Origin: Phycisphaerae bacterium
GTDB lineage: Bacteria > Planctomycetota > Phycisphaerae > UBA1845
Length of the DNA stretch: 64,000 bases
Assembly (NCBI GenBank): GCA_963666835.2
Contig: CAXXGO010000003.1
Coordinates: forward strand, 224,001-288,000
Direction: 5' to 3'
A model generated the notes under the pieces. The model saw nothing but the letters and a program-made list of their open reading frames with translations. It was not told where the DNA came from and did not search any database. This document shows positions 29,787-38,298 of the stretch, one piece after another. The position numbers and the translations under genes are program-made. Position 1 is the first letter of the stretch. Each line of letters starts with the position of its first letter.

Positions 29787-30677
29787 CTAGAGTTTGCTGA
29801 GCACCCACTCAAACGGTTCCAGAATCCCGCGGGGTGCGACGTGCAGCGGGTGAGGAACCACGTTGTCGTATTCGTCCGTGCCGTATCCCAGACCACCGAC
29901 GACGCTGGTTGGGAAGAACTCGAAATTGGCGAACCGGCTATCGCAGATGTTCCACAGCCGGTTGAGGTTCGTCTCGGCGAACCCGCGCGGGTCGTCGAAA
30001 CAATCCGGCGAATAGTCGGCCTTCGAAAGTACGATGCCGATCGGAGTTTGCAGACGTTTCTCCTGATGATCGGTGAGGACGCCGTCAAGATAGCTCATCA
30101 GCTTGAGGGCGAAGAAGTCCGGTTGCGGCGATCCGGCTCCGGCGAGGGCTCCGTCAACCAGCAGAATCGCGGCCGCGCTCTTCTCGAGAAGAGACCTGAT
30201 AACCTTGAAGGTCCGCGGAGCGGCAACCTCGGCGGCGATGGCTTCCCCGGCCATGTCCGGCATGACCAGGTCGTAAATCCGCGACTTGCGTTCGCGTTTC
30301 GCAATCTGATAGTACGCCCAGTGCCACTGGTCGGCCTCAACGGCCGTTTTGGGCGGAAACTGCCGGCTGGCAAGATAGCTGATCACGGTGTGTTGGAGAT
30401 TGACCGAGTATGCTCCTTTGGGAACGGCGTTGAAGTCCTCGGCGCGCTTAGAGAGCATATCCAGCAGCATGCCCAGGTAGACCGTCTTGCCGACGTTGCT
30501 GTCGCCGATAACGGTGATGATGCAGGGGTCGCGTTCCTGGGCGACGGCCTCCTGGATCAGCGCCATCGGGGCATAGCAGCTCCCACAAACGATGGCGTCG
30601 GCCGGGTTCTGCTCCTCGCAGATCAGACACGGGAGAGTCGTGCTCTCTGGATAGGTCGATGTCGACATTGTAGTCAC
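29787..30677 (-). CDS. TRAFAC-class GTPase (double-GTPase-like) with N-terminal Zn ribbon
   Basis: CLIC..CGSC; G1 GDSNVGKT; G2 PPKT; G3 DMAGE; G4 SKAD; G5-like TSVVG; AAGGAG RBS. Confidence 0.85.
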   Translation of the reverse strand: MTTMSTSTYPESTTLPCLICEEQNPADAIVCGSCYAPMALIQEAVAQERDPCIITVIGDSNVGKTVYLGMLLDMLSKRAEDFNAVPKGAYSVNLQHTVISYLASRQFPPKTAVEADQWHWAYYQIAKRERKSRIYDLVMPDMAGEAIAAEVAAPRTFKVIRSLLEKSAAAILLVDGALAGAGSPQPDFFALKLMSYLDGVLTDHQEKRLQTPIGIVLSKADYSPDCFDDPRGFAETNLNRLWNICDSRFANFEFFPTSVVGGLGYGTDEYDNVVPHPLHVAPRGILEPFEWVLSKL

Positions 30678-30694
30678 GAAGTCACTCCTTGCGA

Positions 30695-31741
30695 TCAGCT
30701 TCCGGTGATCCAGGTCGCGTCGTTGAGATCCATTGCGCAGCGAATTCCCGTGTTGTGGGTGCGGGCCAGGGCTATCTGCCCGGTTCGAAAGTGGGAGGTA
30801 GCCTGCGTCTCGAAATACGTGTCAAACGCGCCGCCGCGAACGGCGTGCATGGGCATCTCGCCGACGATGGTGCGACCCTCGTCGTCGGTAGTGGTGTACT
30901 CGGTGTCGGTCCACTCCCAGACGTTACCAACAAGTTGAAGCACCTGATTCGGTGCCGCCCCCTTCGGGTAACTGTCGACCGGGACGGTGGTGTGTACTCG
31001 CGAGGACCAGACATTGCACCGCCGCTTATCCATGGCGTCACCCCATGGGAAACGACGCATCAGGTCGGCGGAGCTATCGATGTGCCAGGAGGCGGCCATC
31101 TGCCACTCGGCCTCCGTCGGAAGCCGCTGACCGATCCACAGTGCAAAAGCCTGAGCCTCGTACCAACTCACTCCAACCACCGGGTGGTCCGCAAACCGCA
31201 CATCATGGCGTCCGTGCTGCCAGAACCGCGGTCCCGGCTCTCCGGTCTGGTCCTTCAGTTCGATCAGGTGAGGCCAGATCTCCTCCGGCCAGAGTTCGAG
31301 ATTGTCGTAGCCTTCATCGTCGACGAATTGCTGGAATCGGGCGTTGGTCACCACGTGTACGTCAAGCAGAAACGGTTCGACATCCAGGTCCACCTCCGGC
31401 GCGCCGGGGTGGGCGGACAGAGTCTGGGAAATGGAGACACTCCCGGCCGGTACCAGGGCCATCCGTCGTTCCAACTCACTGACGGCCTTTTTTATAGCGG
31501 TTTGGCCTCCCGGATGTTCCTTCAGCTTAGCCTGGTCGTGCAGGACGACGTTATGCCGGCCTTGCTGGAGGAGTCGCTGGACGGGGTCGGCGTCCCACGG
31601 CTGTCGCGGAGCCGGATGGTACGCAGGTGCCGGCGGTGGTGCCGGCGCTGCTTCGCTCTCGACGGTTTCGCGTTTACGTTTCGCGGGTGCTTCAGGTTTG
31701 GTCTTTGTGAACAGCTTCAGGCCCATGCTCTTGGCTCCCAT
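30695..31741 (-). CDS. FGE-sulfatase (SUMF1-like, C-type lectin fold) domain protein, cytoplasmic
   Basis: VTNARF, HPVVGVSWYEA, RLPTEAEW, FPWG, GNVWEW, RGG, GIRC; no signal peptide; no catalytic CxxxxC. Confidence 0.92.
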   Translation of the reverse strand: MGAKSMGLKLFTKTKPEAPAKRKRETVESEAAPAPPPAPAYHPAPRQPWDADPVQRLLQQGRHNVVLHDQAKLKEHPGGQTAIKKAVSELERRMALVPAGSVSISQTLSAHPGAPEVDLDVEPFLLDVHVVTNARFQQFVDDEGYDNLELWPEEIWPHLIELKDQTGEPGPRFWQHGRHDVRFADHPVVGVSWYEAQAFALWIGQRLPTEAEWQMAASWHIDSSADLMRRFPWGDAMDKRRCNVWSSRVHTTVPVDSYPKGAAPNQVLQLVGNVWEWTDTEYTTTDDEGRTIVGEMPMHAVRGGAFDTYFETQATSHFRTGQIALARTHNTGIRCAMDLNDATWITGS

Positions 31742-31767
31742 GGGGATTAAGTGCGACCGTGCGGGGA

Positions 31768-32673
31768 TCAGACTCCTAGGGCTCTCCGTTTGGCATCGCG
31801 GCGGAGTTTACGGAACTGCTCGGCGGCAGCGCCCGCGGCGGGCTTGGGTCTCGGTGCTGCCGGGGTCTCTGGGGGTTCAGGGGTTGATGTTACCGGCTTT
31901 GGAGTCGGCACGGGGTCGACCTGGAGTTCCGGACTCGCCGTGGCGATAGGGGGAGCCGGTTCGGGGGCCATCCGGTCGACCGGAATCTCCCGGACGGCGC
32001 CCAAGCGACTTAGCAACTCCTGCCGCTGTACCGCCACCTCGCGCTGATCGTGCGCGAGCTGCTCCTGAAGGGCGGCGAGAGCCGCCCGGGTCTCACTCAG
32101 CTCGGTAGCGTATGACTCCAGTTGCTCCTCGCGCGCGGCCAAGCTCTGCTCTCGTCGTTCCAGTGCGAGCCGCTGCGGCTCGAGCTCGCGCAACTGCTCC
32201 GCGATTCTCTGCTCTGACAGGCTGACGGTCCGCTCCCGCTCAGTCAGATCGGAGTTCTTGGCAATGTACTCCTGCCGTTCCGCGGCGCAAGCCTCCTGCT
32301 GCTCCGCAAGTTGCTTGCTTCGTGCGTTCAGTTCCTCCAGCTCGGCGAGAATGGCCGGCTTCTCTTCCTCGATTTGCTGGAAGGCCGACTCGACCTCCCG
32401 GCGTCGAGCGGCGAGTTCCTTTTCCTTGGCTGCCAGATCCGCCTGTTGACTCTCCAGTACCGAACGCTGCTCGTCCAGAGCGGCCAGCTCTTCAGATAGC
32501 TCGGTTCGCTCCTGCTCCATCTGCTCGCGCTCGGCCAGCATCGATTGAGCTTCTTGGTGGAGCTGCTGACGGACCGTCTTCAGCGCCGCCAATGCCTCTT
32601 GGGCCAGTTCCGGGATTTCGCCGGAGCCCAACGGACATTCAGGCACCTCGGTTCTTGGTGGCTGTGAGTTCAA
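31768..32673 (-). CDS. Coiled-coil protein (~300 aa) with Pro-rich linker and basic C-terminal helix
   Basis: About 230 aa of E/Q/R/L heptads, then P-rich linker, then AEQFRKLRRDAKRRALGV. Confidence 0.8.
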   Translation of the reverse strand: MNSQPPRTEVPECPLGSGEIPELAQEALAALKTVRQQLHQEAQSMLAEREQMEQERTELSEELAALDEQRSVLESQQADLAAKEKELAARRREVESAFQQIEEEKPAILAELEELNARSKQLAEQQEACAAERQEYIAKNSDLTERERTVSLSEQRIAEQLRELEPQRLALERREQSLAAREEQLESYATELSETRAALAALQEQLAHDQREVAVQRQELLSRLGAVREIPVDRMAPEPAPPIATASPELQVDPVPTPKPVTSTPEPPETPAAPRPKPAAGAAAEQFRKLRRDAKRRALGV

Positions 32674-33103
32674 ACGAGATCCTCGTTTCTGGCGACCGCG
32701 CCGGACCCGCGGGTCGAACCCGTTGTTCAGAAGTTTCCAGAACGGGGCATATCCCCTTGAAGCCTAATCGGCCCGCGAGGTCGCCCAGCTTACCAAACCG
32801 TACGATATGGTGAGCAGGGTGCCTACTTTGGTGCCAGGGGATACGGGACTTTCATCTGGTTACCGCCCGCAACGGTTGCTTTCGGACCTGAGAAACCAGG
32901 ACGCACGAAGACAACTTGTTAAAGGACCTGCCGGACGAAGACGGTGCAAGCTGCGCGCCTTACGCCCGATGAAATGTACACTTGGCATGACCCCCCTGAA
33001 GCGCATCGTCATCGTTCGCTCGTTGGGAGCGTCGGGCGTTTCGAGCAACGGGCCGGGGACCCAACCGGAGCCCTTTCTCCGGAAACCTGATTCTGCGCAC
33101 GCG

Positions 33104-36100
33104 ATGAAAGACGAACCTATGGTGCGAAACAGTTCCGCGTTGGAGGCGTTAGCGGCGGCTGACTCGGCCGTTGAGGCGCTGGAGCAGGCGTTGACCGGCC
33201 AAGAGTCGCGCATAGCGGCCTGGTCGCAGGACTTCCGCGAGCAGTTGACGAAGCAGGCCGAGCTGCGCGAGGCGGATGTCCAGCGGCGGATGAACGAGAT
33301 TGGACAACGCGAATCCGAACTAGTCCGCGAACGGGAAGAGCTGGTGGCGGCCACCGTCAAGGTTGAGTCGCTGATCGAGAAATCGCGGGATGAAGAGATT
33401 GCCTGGCGGAGCCGCGAGGCGGAACTGGCGGCGGCTACGCAAGAGTTAGCGGAACGGGGGGAATTGCTGCAGGCGCGGGAGCGCGAGATTGAAGAACGCG
33501 CGCAGAATGAACGAGATGAGCTTCGTGAACTTGGCGAATCAACGGCGGAAGCGCGGAGGCAACTGGAGTCGGACCAGAACGCCCTTCGCCAAGCACAGGC
33601 TGACGTTGAAGAGTGGCTCGCCGACCTGTCACAACGCCGGCAGCAACTGGCGGAGGCCGAGGATTTGTTGGCTAGCGGCCGAGCGGATCTCGAGTCGCAG
33701 ACTGCTGAGGTGGCCCGTCGGGCCGACGAGTTGGCCAAGTTCAAGCGGCAGCTCCGCAGCTTCGAAGAGGAAAGCAAGAAACGTATCGCGGAGCAGGACG
33801 CCCGCGAGGCTGATCTTCAGAAGCGAGAGCAGGAGCTGACATCCCGGGCGGATGAGCTGGATACTGTCGCGGGGCAGCGCCGGTCCGTCTTGGACAAGCT
33901 GGAGCAGGAGTTGGCCTCGGCGAACGAGGAGATCTCCGCGCAACGTGAGCAAGCATCGCTGGAAACGCAGAAGGTCAGCGAACTGCAGGCCGAGCTCGAA
34001 CAGCGCGAGCAGGAGTTGGAAAGCCGGGCGGCCGAGCTGCGGGCTGTCGAAGCCCGTCACGAGCAAGCCGCAGCGCAGCGGAAGGAAGCGGAACAGAGAC
34101 TCGCCTTAGAGCAAGAGCAGTTGGAGTCCATCCGGAGCGAGCTCGACGAACGCGCCGCCGCAGCGGCTGCCGGCGAGGACGAACTCCAGAAGCGTCTTAC
34201 CCAAGTCACCGCCCGGGAGAGCGAGATCGCTGCCCGGGGCGAACAAGTCAGGCAAGCCGAACAGGAGCTGGAGAATCGCTGCGGAGAATTGCAGCGGCAG
34301 GCGGACGAGTTCGGCGAGCGAATCGCAGAGTATCAGGCATCGTCCGAGCAACTTGCGGCCCGGCAGGCCCAGGCTAGGGAAAACGAAGCGGACGTCGCCA
34401 GGCGCATTGAGGAGCTGGAGAAACGTCGGGCCGCTCTGGAGCAGGACCGCGCCCGTTTCGAGCAGGCCCACTCTGCGGATGCAAAAGACCTGGAAGAAGC
34501 ACGCCGCGCCGTTGCCGAAGAGAGGGAGGGGCTCGCTACGGAGCGGAGTGCCCTGGCGCAACGTGCTGCGGAGTTGGACGATCTGAGGGACGCCCTGGAT
34601 CGCGATTCGCAGGAGCTGAAGGACTCCCGGGCCGCTGTTGAAGGGGAGTGCGACGCTGAGCGCCGGTCCGTCCTGGCGGAAAGGGAGCGGCTTGCCGAGG
34701 AGCAGGCTGCGCTAGAACAGCAGGCGACACAACTTGAACGTCGGCGTGCCGAACTGGCGGAAGAAGCCGAAGCCGCCCGAGCGGCCGGGGAAGCTGAACT
34801 TGGCCGGGAACGCGGGGGGCTGGCCGAAGAACGCCGGCGCATTCAAGTCGACCGGGATGCGGCCAAGGAACGGGAAGCAGCGTTGGTCGCGCTGCAGCAG
34901 GAGCTTGGTGAGCGAGAGGCTCGGATCGAGTCCGCTCGCAAAGACGGCGCTGCCGAATTAGCCCAGGCGCGCGAGGCGTTTGCCGAGGAGCAGCAGGCTC
35001 TGGCCGCCGAGAAGACTGCGTTTGCGGAAAGGTCCGCCGAGCTGGATGAACGGCAGGCCGACCTGGAGAGGAGAATACAGGAGGAGGAGAAGAGCCGGGC
35101 AGCGCACGAGCAAGAGATTGGATTGCTCCGCCAGGCGCTGTCCCAGGAACAGGAACAACTGGAGTTGGCGCGCGAGAAGTTCCAACAGCGCGATGCGGAG
35201 TCGCAGCGTATTCGGACGGCTCTGGCTGAAGAACGCGGCCAAGTAGACTCTGCCCGCGAAGCTCTCGAAGGAAAGAGCGCGGGTATCAAGGAGCAGCAAG
35301 CGCAGCTCGAAGCCGACCGGGCGGAGTTCGAGAAGGCTATTGCCCAGGATAGGGCGGCTATTCAGCAGGAGCAAGAGACTCTAGCTGCTGACCGTCAACA
35401 GTCTGACACTGAGCGAACGGTTCTGGAAAGACGGGCGCGCGAGCTGGATGAGTTCGAGGTCGAACTGGATCGCCGTAACGAGGAGCTGATCGGCGGTCAC
35501 AAGGCCGGATCCGCCGAGCTGCAGGAGCGGCAGCGGGAGTTGGCGGCGGCGAAGAAAGCTCTCTCGGCAGAGCGAACGCAGCTCGAAAAGCGGTCCGGGG
35601 AGTTGGCCGCAGTGCGGTTAGAACTCAAGGCTCGGACCCAGGAGATCGAGGCGAAGAACGCCGAATACGCCGCCCAGCTTGAGCAGGGACAGCGGGAACT
35701 GGCCGACGCCCGTGCCGAGCTGGACACGGAGCGCACGGCGCTAGCCAAACGAACCGCGGAACTGGACGAGCTTCGCGCCGAGCTTACCGAGCAGAAGCAG
35801 GAAGTCGAGAATGCCGCCCGCTCGGCGGAGTCCGCCGTCGAGGCAAAGCACCTGGAGCTTGCCGAACATCGGTCCCAACTCGAGGCCGAACAGGCCGAGC
35901 TGAACAAGCGAGCTGCGGATGTGGAACAGCAGCACGAGGAGCTGAAGCGGCAGGCGGCCGAAATCGTGGAGACGCGCACGGTCTCCGCCACCGAGCTGGA
36001 CGCCGAACGCGCCTCTATCAAAGAACGAGAGGCGGCCGTCCAAGCCGAGCTCGAGTCGTTGAAGAAGCAAAGCGTCGAGTTGGAGTCATCTCGCGAAGAG

Positions 36101-37369
36101 CTAAACCGGCGGCTCGCGGAAGTGGAAGAGAGTGCGGCGTCCAAGGACTCTCAACTGAAGCAGGCAAGAGAAGCGGTGGCTGCGGCCCGCCAAGACTGCG
36201 AGAACCGTGAGGCTGCGCTCGCTCAACGTACTGCGGAGCTTGACGGTCTGCGGGAAGATCTCGAGCGAAAAGCGGAAGAAGCCGCACAGACTCAGACTGC
36301 GGTACACGCCGAGATGGAGGAGCTGCGCCGGGCCGTGGAAAACGACCGCAAGCGGCTTGATGCGGAACGAGCGGAACTACAGGACGGACGGGCTGCCCTG
36401 GAAAGCGCTCGGGCTCAGATCGACGCGCTTCGACAGGCAGAGAGTGACAGCGTAGCGTCAGCCAACGGTCGGATCCGTCAGATGGAAGGCGAAATCGAGG
36501 CCCTCGGGGAGGAACTCAAGACCGCCAAAGCTCACACCGTTGAGTTGGAACAGGCTTGGGAGGCGGCGGAACAGGCTCAAGAGACGGGTGGTGAGGAGCT
36601 AAGTCAGGCTCGTGCCGAGTGCGTGGCTCTTCGCGAACAGATTGAGCAGGAGCAAAGCCAAGCCGCCGATTTTCTGGCAGCGATCGAAGAGCGTGAGCAG
36701 AGAATCGCGCATCTTGAAGAGGAAGCGATTCAGAAGGAACAGGAGCAAGCGGATCGGGGGGATGAAAACGCGGGCACCCCGATCGACGAGCGCAAGAGCC
36801 GCTTGGCAAGCCATGCGGCCATTGGGGCGTTCTGGCAGAGTCTCGAAGCGACCGCGGAAGAACCGGCGCCAAGCGAGCCAACCGCCCGGATCGACTCCTC
36901 GGCGATGATGGAACTTGCGGTTCTCGAAGAGTCGGATGATAGCGGTCAGCCTGTTGACGAGGGTGAACGGGGAGAGGCCGGCGAGGATTCAATTGACGTC
37001 AGCCAAGCAGCGGCAATGAAGGAAGCCTTAGCAGCGGCGAAGGCGGAGTTGGAGGCGGCCAATGAAGAGCCGGCGCCGGGGATGTCGGTGGAAGAGGTCC
37101 AGAACTTGCCCGAACACGAGACCGCGTCGGAACCTCTGAAGTTCACCGCCGACCTGGCCGGCAACGTTCCGGAAGAACCGGTAACACCGCCCGCTCCCGC
37201 TGCGGTCGAGGAAGAACCCGAGCTAACGCCCGAAGTCGCCATGAAACTGAAGCTGCTCAAGCGACTGCAACCGGGGAAGTCTACGAAGGAACTGCTGGCG
37301 CAGATCGAGGCCGAAAAACCGGCGCAGGCCGCCGCGAAGGGCAAGAAACGCTGGTTCGGCCGCAAGTGA
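33104..37369 (+). CDS. Giant coiled-coil protein (~1420 aa) with 53-aa repeats, acidic disordered region and KKRWFGRK tail
   Basis: Long uninterrupted ORF of heptad composition; no ATPase motifs or TM segment; start probably 33104 or 33119. Confidence 0.88.
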   Translation: MKDEPMVRNSSALEALAAADSAVEALEQALTGQESRIAAWSQDFREQLTKQAELREADVQRRMNEIGQRESELVREREELVAATVKVESLIEKSRDEEIAWRSREAELAAATQELAERGELLQAREREIEERAQNERDELRELGESTAEARRQLESDQNALRQAQADVEEWLADLSQRRQQLAEAEDLLASGRADLESQTAEVARRADELAKFKRQLRSFEEESKKRIAEQDAREADLQKREQELTSRADELDTVAGQRRSVLDKLEQELASANEEISAQREQASLETQKVSELQAELEQREQELESRAAELRAVEARHEQAAAQRKEAEQRLALEQEQLESIRSELDERAAAAAAGEDELQKRLTQVTARESEIAARGEQVRQAEQELENRCGELQRQADEFGERIAEYQASSEQLAARQAQARENEADVARRIEELEKRRAALEQDRARFEQAHSADAKDLEEARRAVAEEREGLATERSALAQRAAELDDLRDALDRDSQELKDSRAAVEGECDAERRSVLAERERLAEEQAALEQQATQLERRRAELAEEAEAARAAGEAELGRERGGLAEERRRIQVDRDAAKEREAALVALQQELGEREARIESARKDGAAELAQAREAFAEEQQALAAEKTAFAERSAELDERQADLERRIQEEEKSRAAHEQEIGLLRQALSQEQEQLELAREKFQQRDAESQRIRTALAEERGQVDSAREALEGKSAGIKEQQAQLEADRAEFEKAIAQDRAAIQQEQETLAADRQQSDTERTVLERRARELDEFEVELDRRNEELIGGHKAGSAELQERQRELAAAKKALSAERTQLEKRSGELAAVRLELKARTQEIEAKNAEYAAQLEQGQRELADARAELDTERTALAKRTAELDELRAELTEQKQEVENAARSAESAVEAKHLELAEHRSQLEAEQAELNKRAADVEQQHEELKRQAAEIVETRTVSATELDAERASIKEREAAVQAELESLKKQSVELESSREELNRRLAEVEESAASKDSQLKQAREAVAAARQDCENREAALAQRTAELDGLREDLERKAEEAAQTQTAVHAEMEELRRAVENDRKRLDAERAELQDGRAALESARAQIDALRQAESDSVASANGRIRQMEGEIEALGEELKTAKAHTVELEQAWEAAEQAQETGGEELSQARAECVALREQIEQEQSQAADFLAAIEEREQRIAHLEEEAIQKEQEQADRGDENAGTPIDERKSRLASHAAIGAFWQSLEATAEEPAPSEPTARIDSSAMMELAVLEESDDSGQPVDEGERGEAGEDSIDVSQAAAMKEALAAAKAELEAANEEPAPGMSVEEVQNLPEHETASEPLKFTADLAGNVPEEPVTPPAPAAVEEEPELTPEVAMKLKLLKRLQPGKSTKELLAQIEAEKPAQAAAKGKKRWFGRK

Positions 37370-37411
37370 CCGGTCCTTGCCGGGGGCACCGGGCCGGCAG
37401 GGGCGTTGCTG

Positions 37412-38038
37412 TTATGACCGCAGAATAGCGCGCACGGGACTGCCGTCGAACCCGACGAGCTTCAAAGGCAATGCTATTAGTTCGTACATGCCATCGGGAA
37501 CATCCTGCAGTATGAGTCCCTCAAGAATCGCCATGTCATGGGCAACCGCGGCCTTGTGGGCGGGCATCGTATCCGCATCGCAGGGGTCGACGCTGGGCGT
37601 GTCCACCCCGATGAGTTTGACCCCGTTCTTGCCCAGCGAGGCGATAAGAGCCGGCTGCAGGGCAACGTAATCCTCGTTGAATTTGCTCGGGTCGGGGTAA
37701 GACCCCGTTGCGAAGAGCACTCGCTCCGCCTCGATAGGGACGTTGATGTCACTCAAAGCGATCAGCCCGCCGCGCGGCACATCAACCGAGATAACCTGGC
37801 ACTGCCCCAGGTAATGCGTCAAAGGCCGCTCGTCGATGCTGGGCGTTCCGTCGGATATGTGACTCGGCGCGTCCGCATGTGCCCCGAGGTGGACCGTTGT
37901 GTGCAACGCGGACAGCGTTGAATGATCGCCCCGGGCGATCTCTCGGAGCACCTCTCGCACCGGTGGGGGATCCCCCGGCCAGACCGCCAGCGAAGGACCG
38001 ATTGGCGGACTAATGTCGTAGATCATGTCTGCCTCCAT
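37412..38038 (-). CDS. kynB: Cyclase family / kynurenine formamidase-like metal hydrolase
   Basis: VWPGD, HLGAHADAP.H, GVDTPSVD, ILEGL, DGSPVRA. Confidence 0.8.
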   Translation of the reverse strand: MEADMIYDISPPIGPSLAVWPGDPPPVREVLREIARGDHSTLSALHTTVHLGAHADAPSHISDGTPSIDERPLTHYLGQCQVISVDVPRGGLIALSDINVPIEAERVLFATGSYPDPSKFNEDYVALQPALIASLGKNGVKLIGVDTPSVDPCDADTMPAHKAAVAHDMAILEGLILQDVPDGMYELIALPLKLVGFDGSPVRAILRS

Positions 38039-38052
38039 CCGTGTTCTTGAAG

Positions 38053-38124
38053 AAGGGGACTGGCTCCGAGCTGATTCCCACTTACGGTATCACGGGACGC
38101 TATCGGCGAGGTGCCTGTACCCTA
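38053..38124. repeat. Imperfect inverted repeat (REP-like)
   Basis: AAGGGGACTGGCTCC ... GGTGCCTGTACCCTA. Confidence 0.4.
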
Positions 38125-38298
38125 TCTCAACGGACTGCTATATCTGTTTTGGATTATAAGACCCTCGGCGTTTGCCGTCGAACGGTTCAATGAGTCCGCT
38201 GCCGCTCTCGACAGCAAGCGATTACCGCCGGACAATCTCCGCAGATACCGGGGATAGGGTGTACAAGGGGCACGAAAACACGAGGTCTGTTGCCGCAG

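Noticed and set aside
29759..30088. 110-aa N-terminal extension of the GAP1 ORF, and the 32807 start of the giant coiled coil
   Set aside because: The GAP1 extension overlaps the GTPase gene and an RBS-backed start exists at 29758. The 32807 extension has non-coiled-coil, low-plausibility composition; 33104/33119 fit better.
30695..31741. Diversity-generating retroelement target (FGE/C-type lectin fold)
   Set aside because: No reverse transcriptase and no template-repeat copy of the 3' end seen in the window.
33104..37369. SMC/Rad50 chromosome-partition ATPase or phage tape measure
   Set aside because: No Walker A/B, signature motif or hinge, no TM segment, and no phage genes around.
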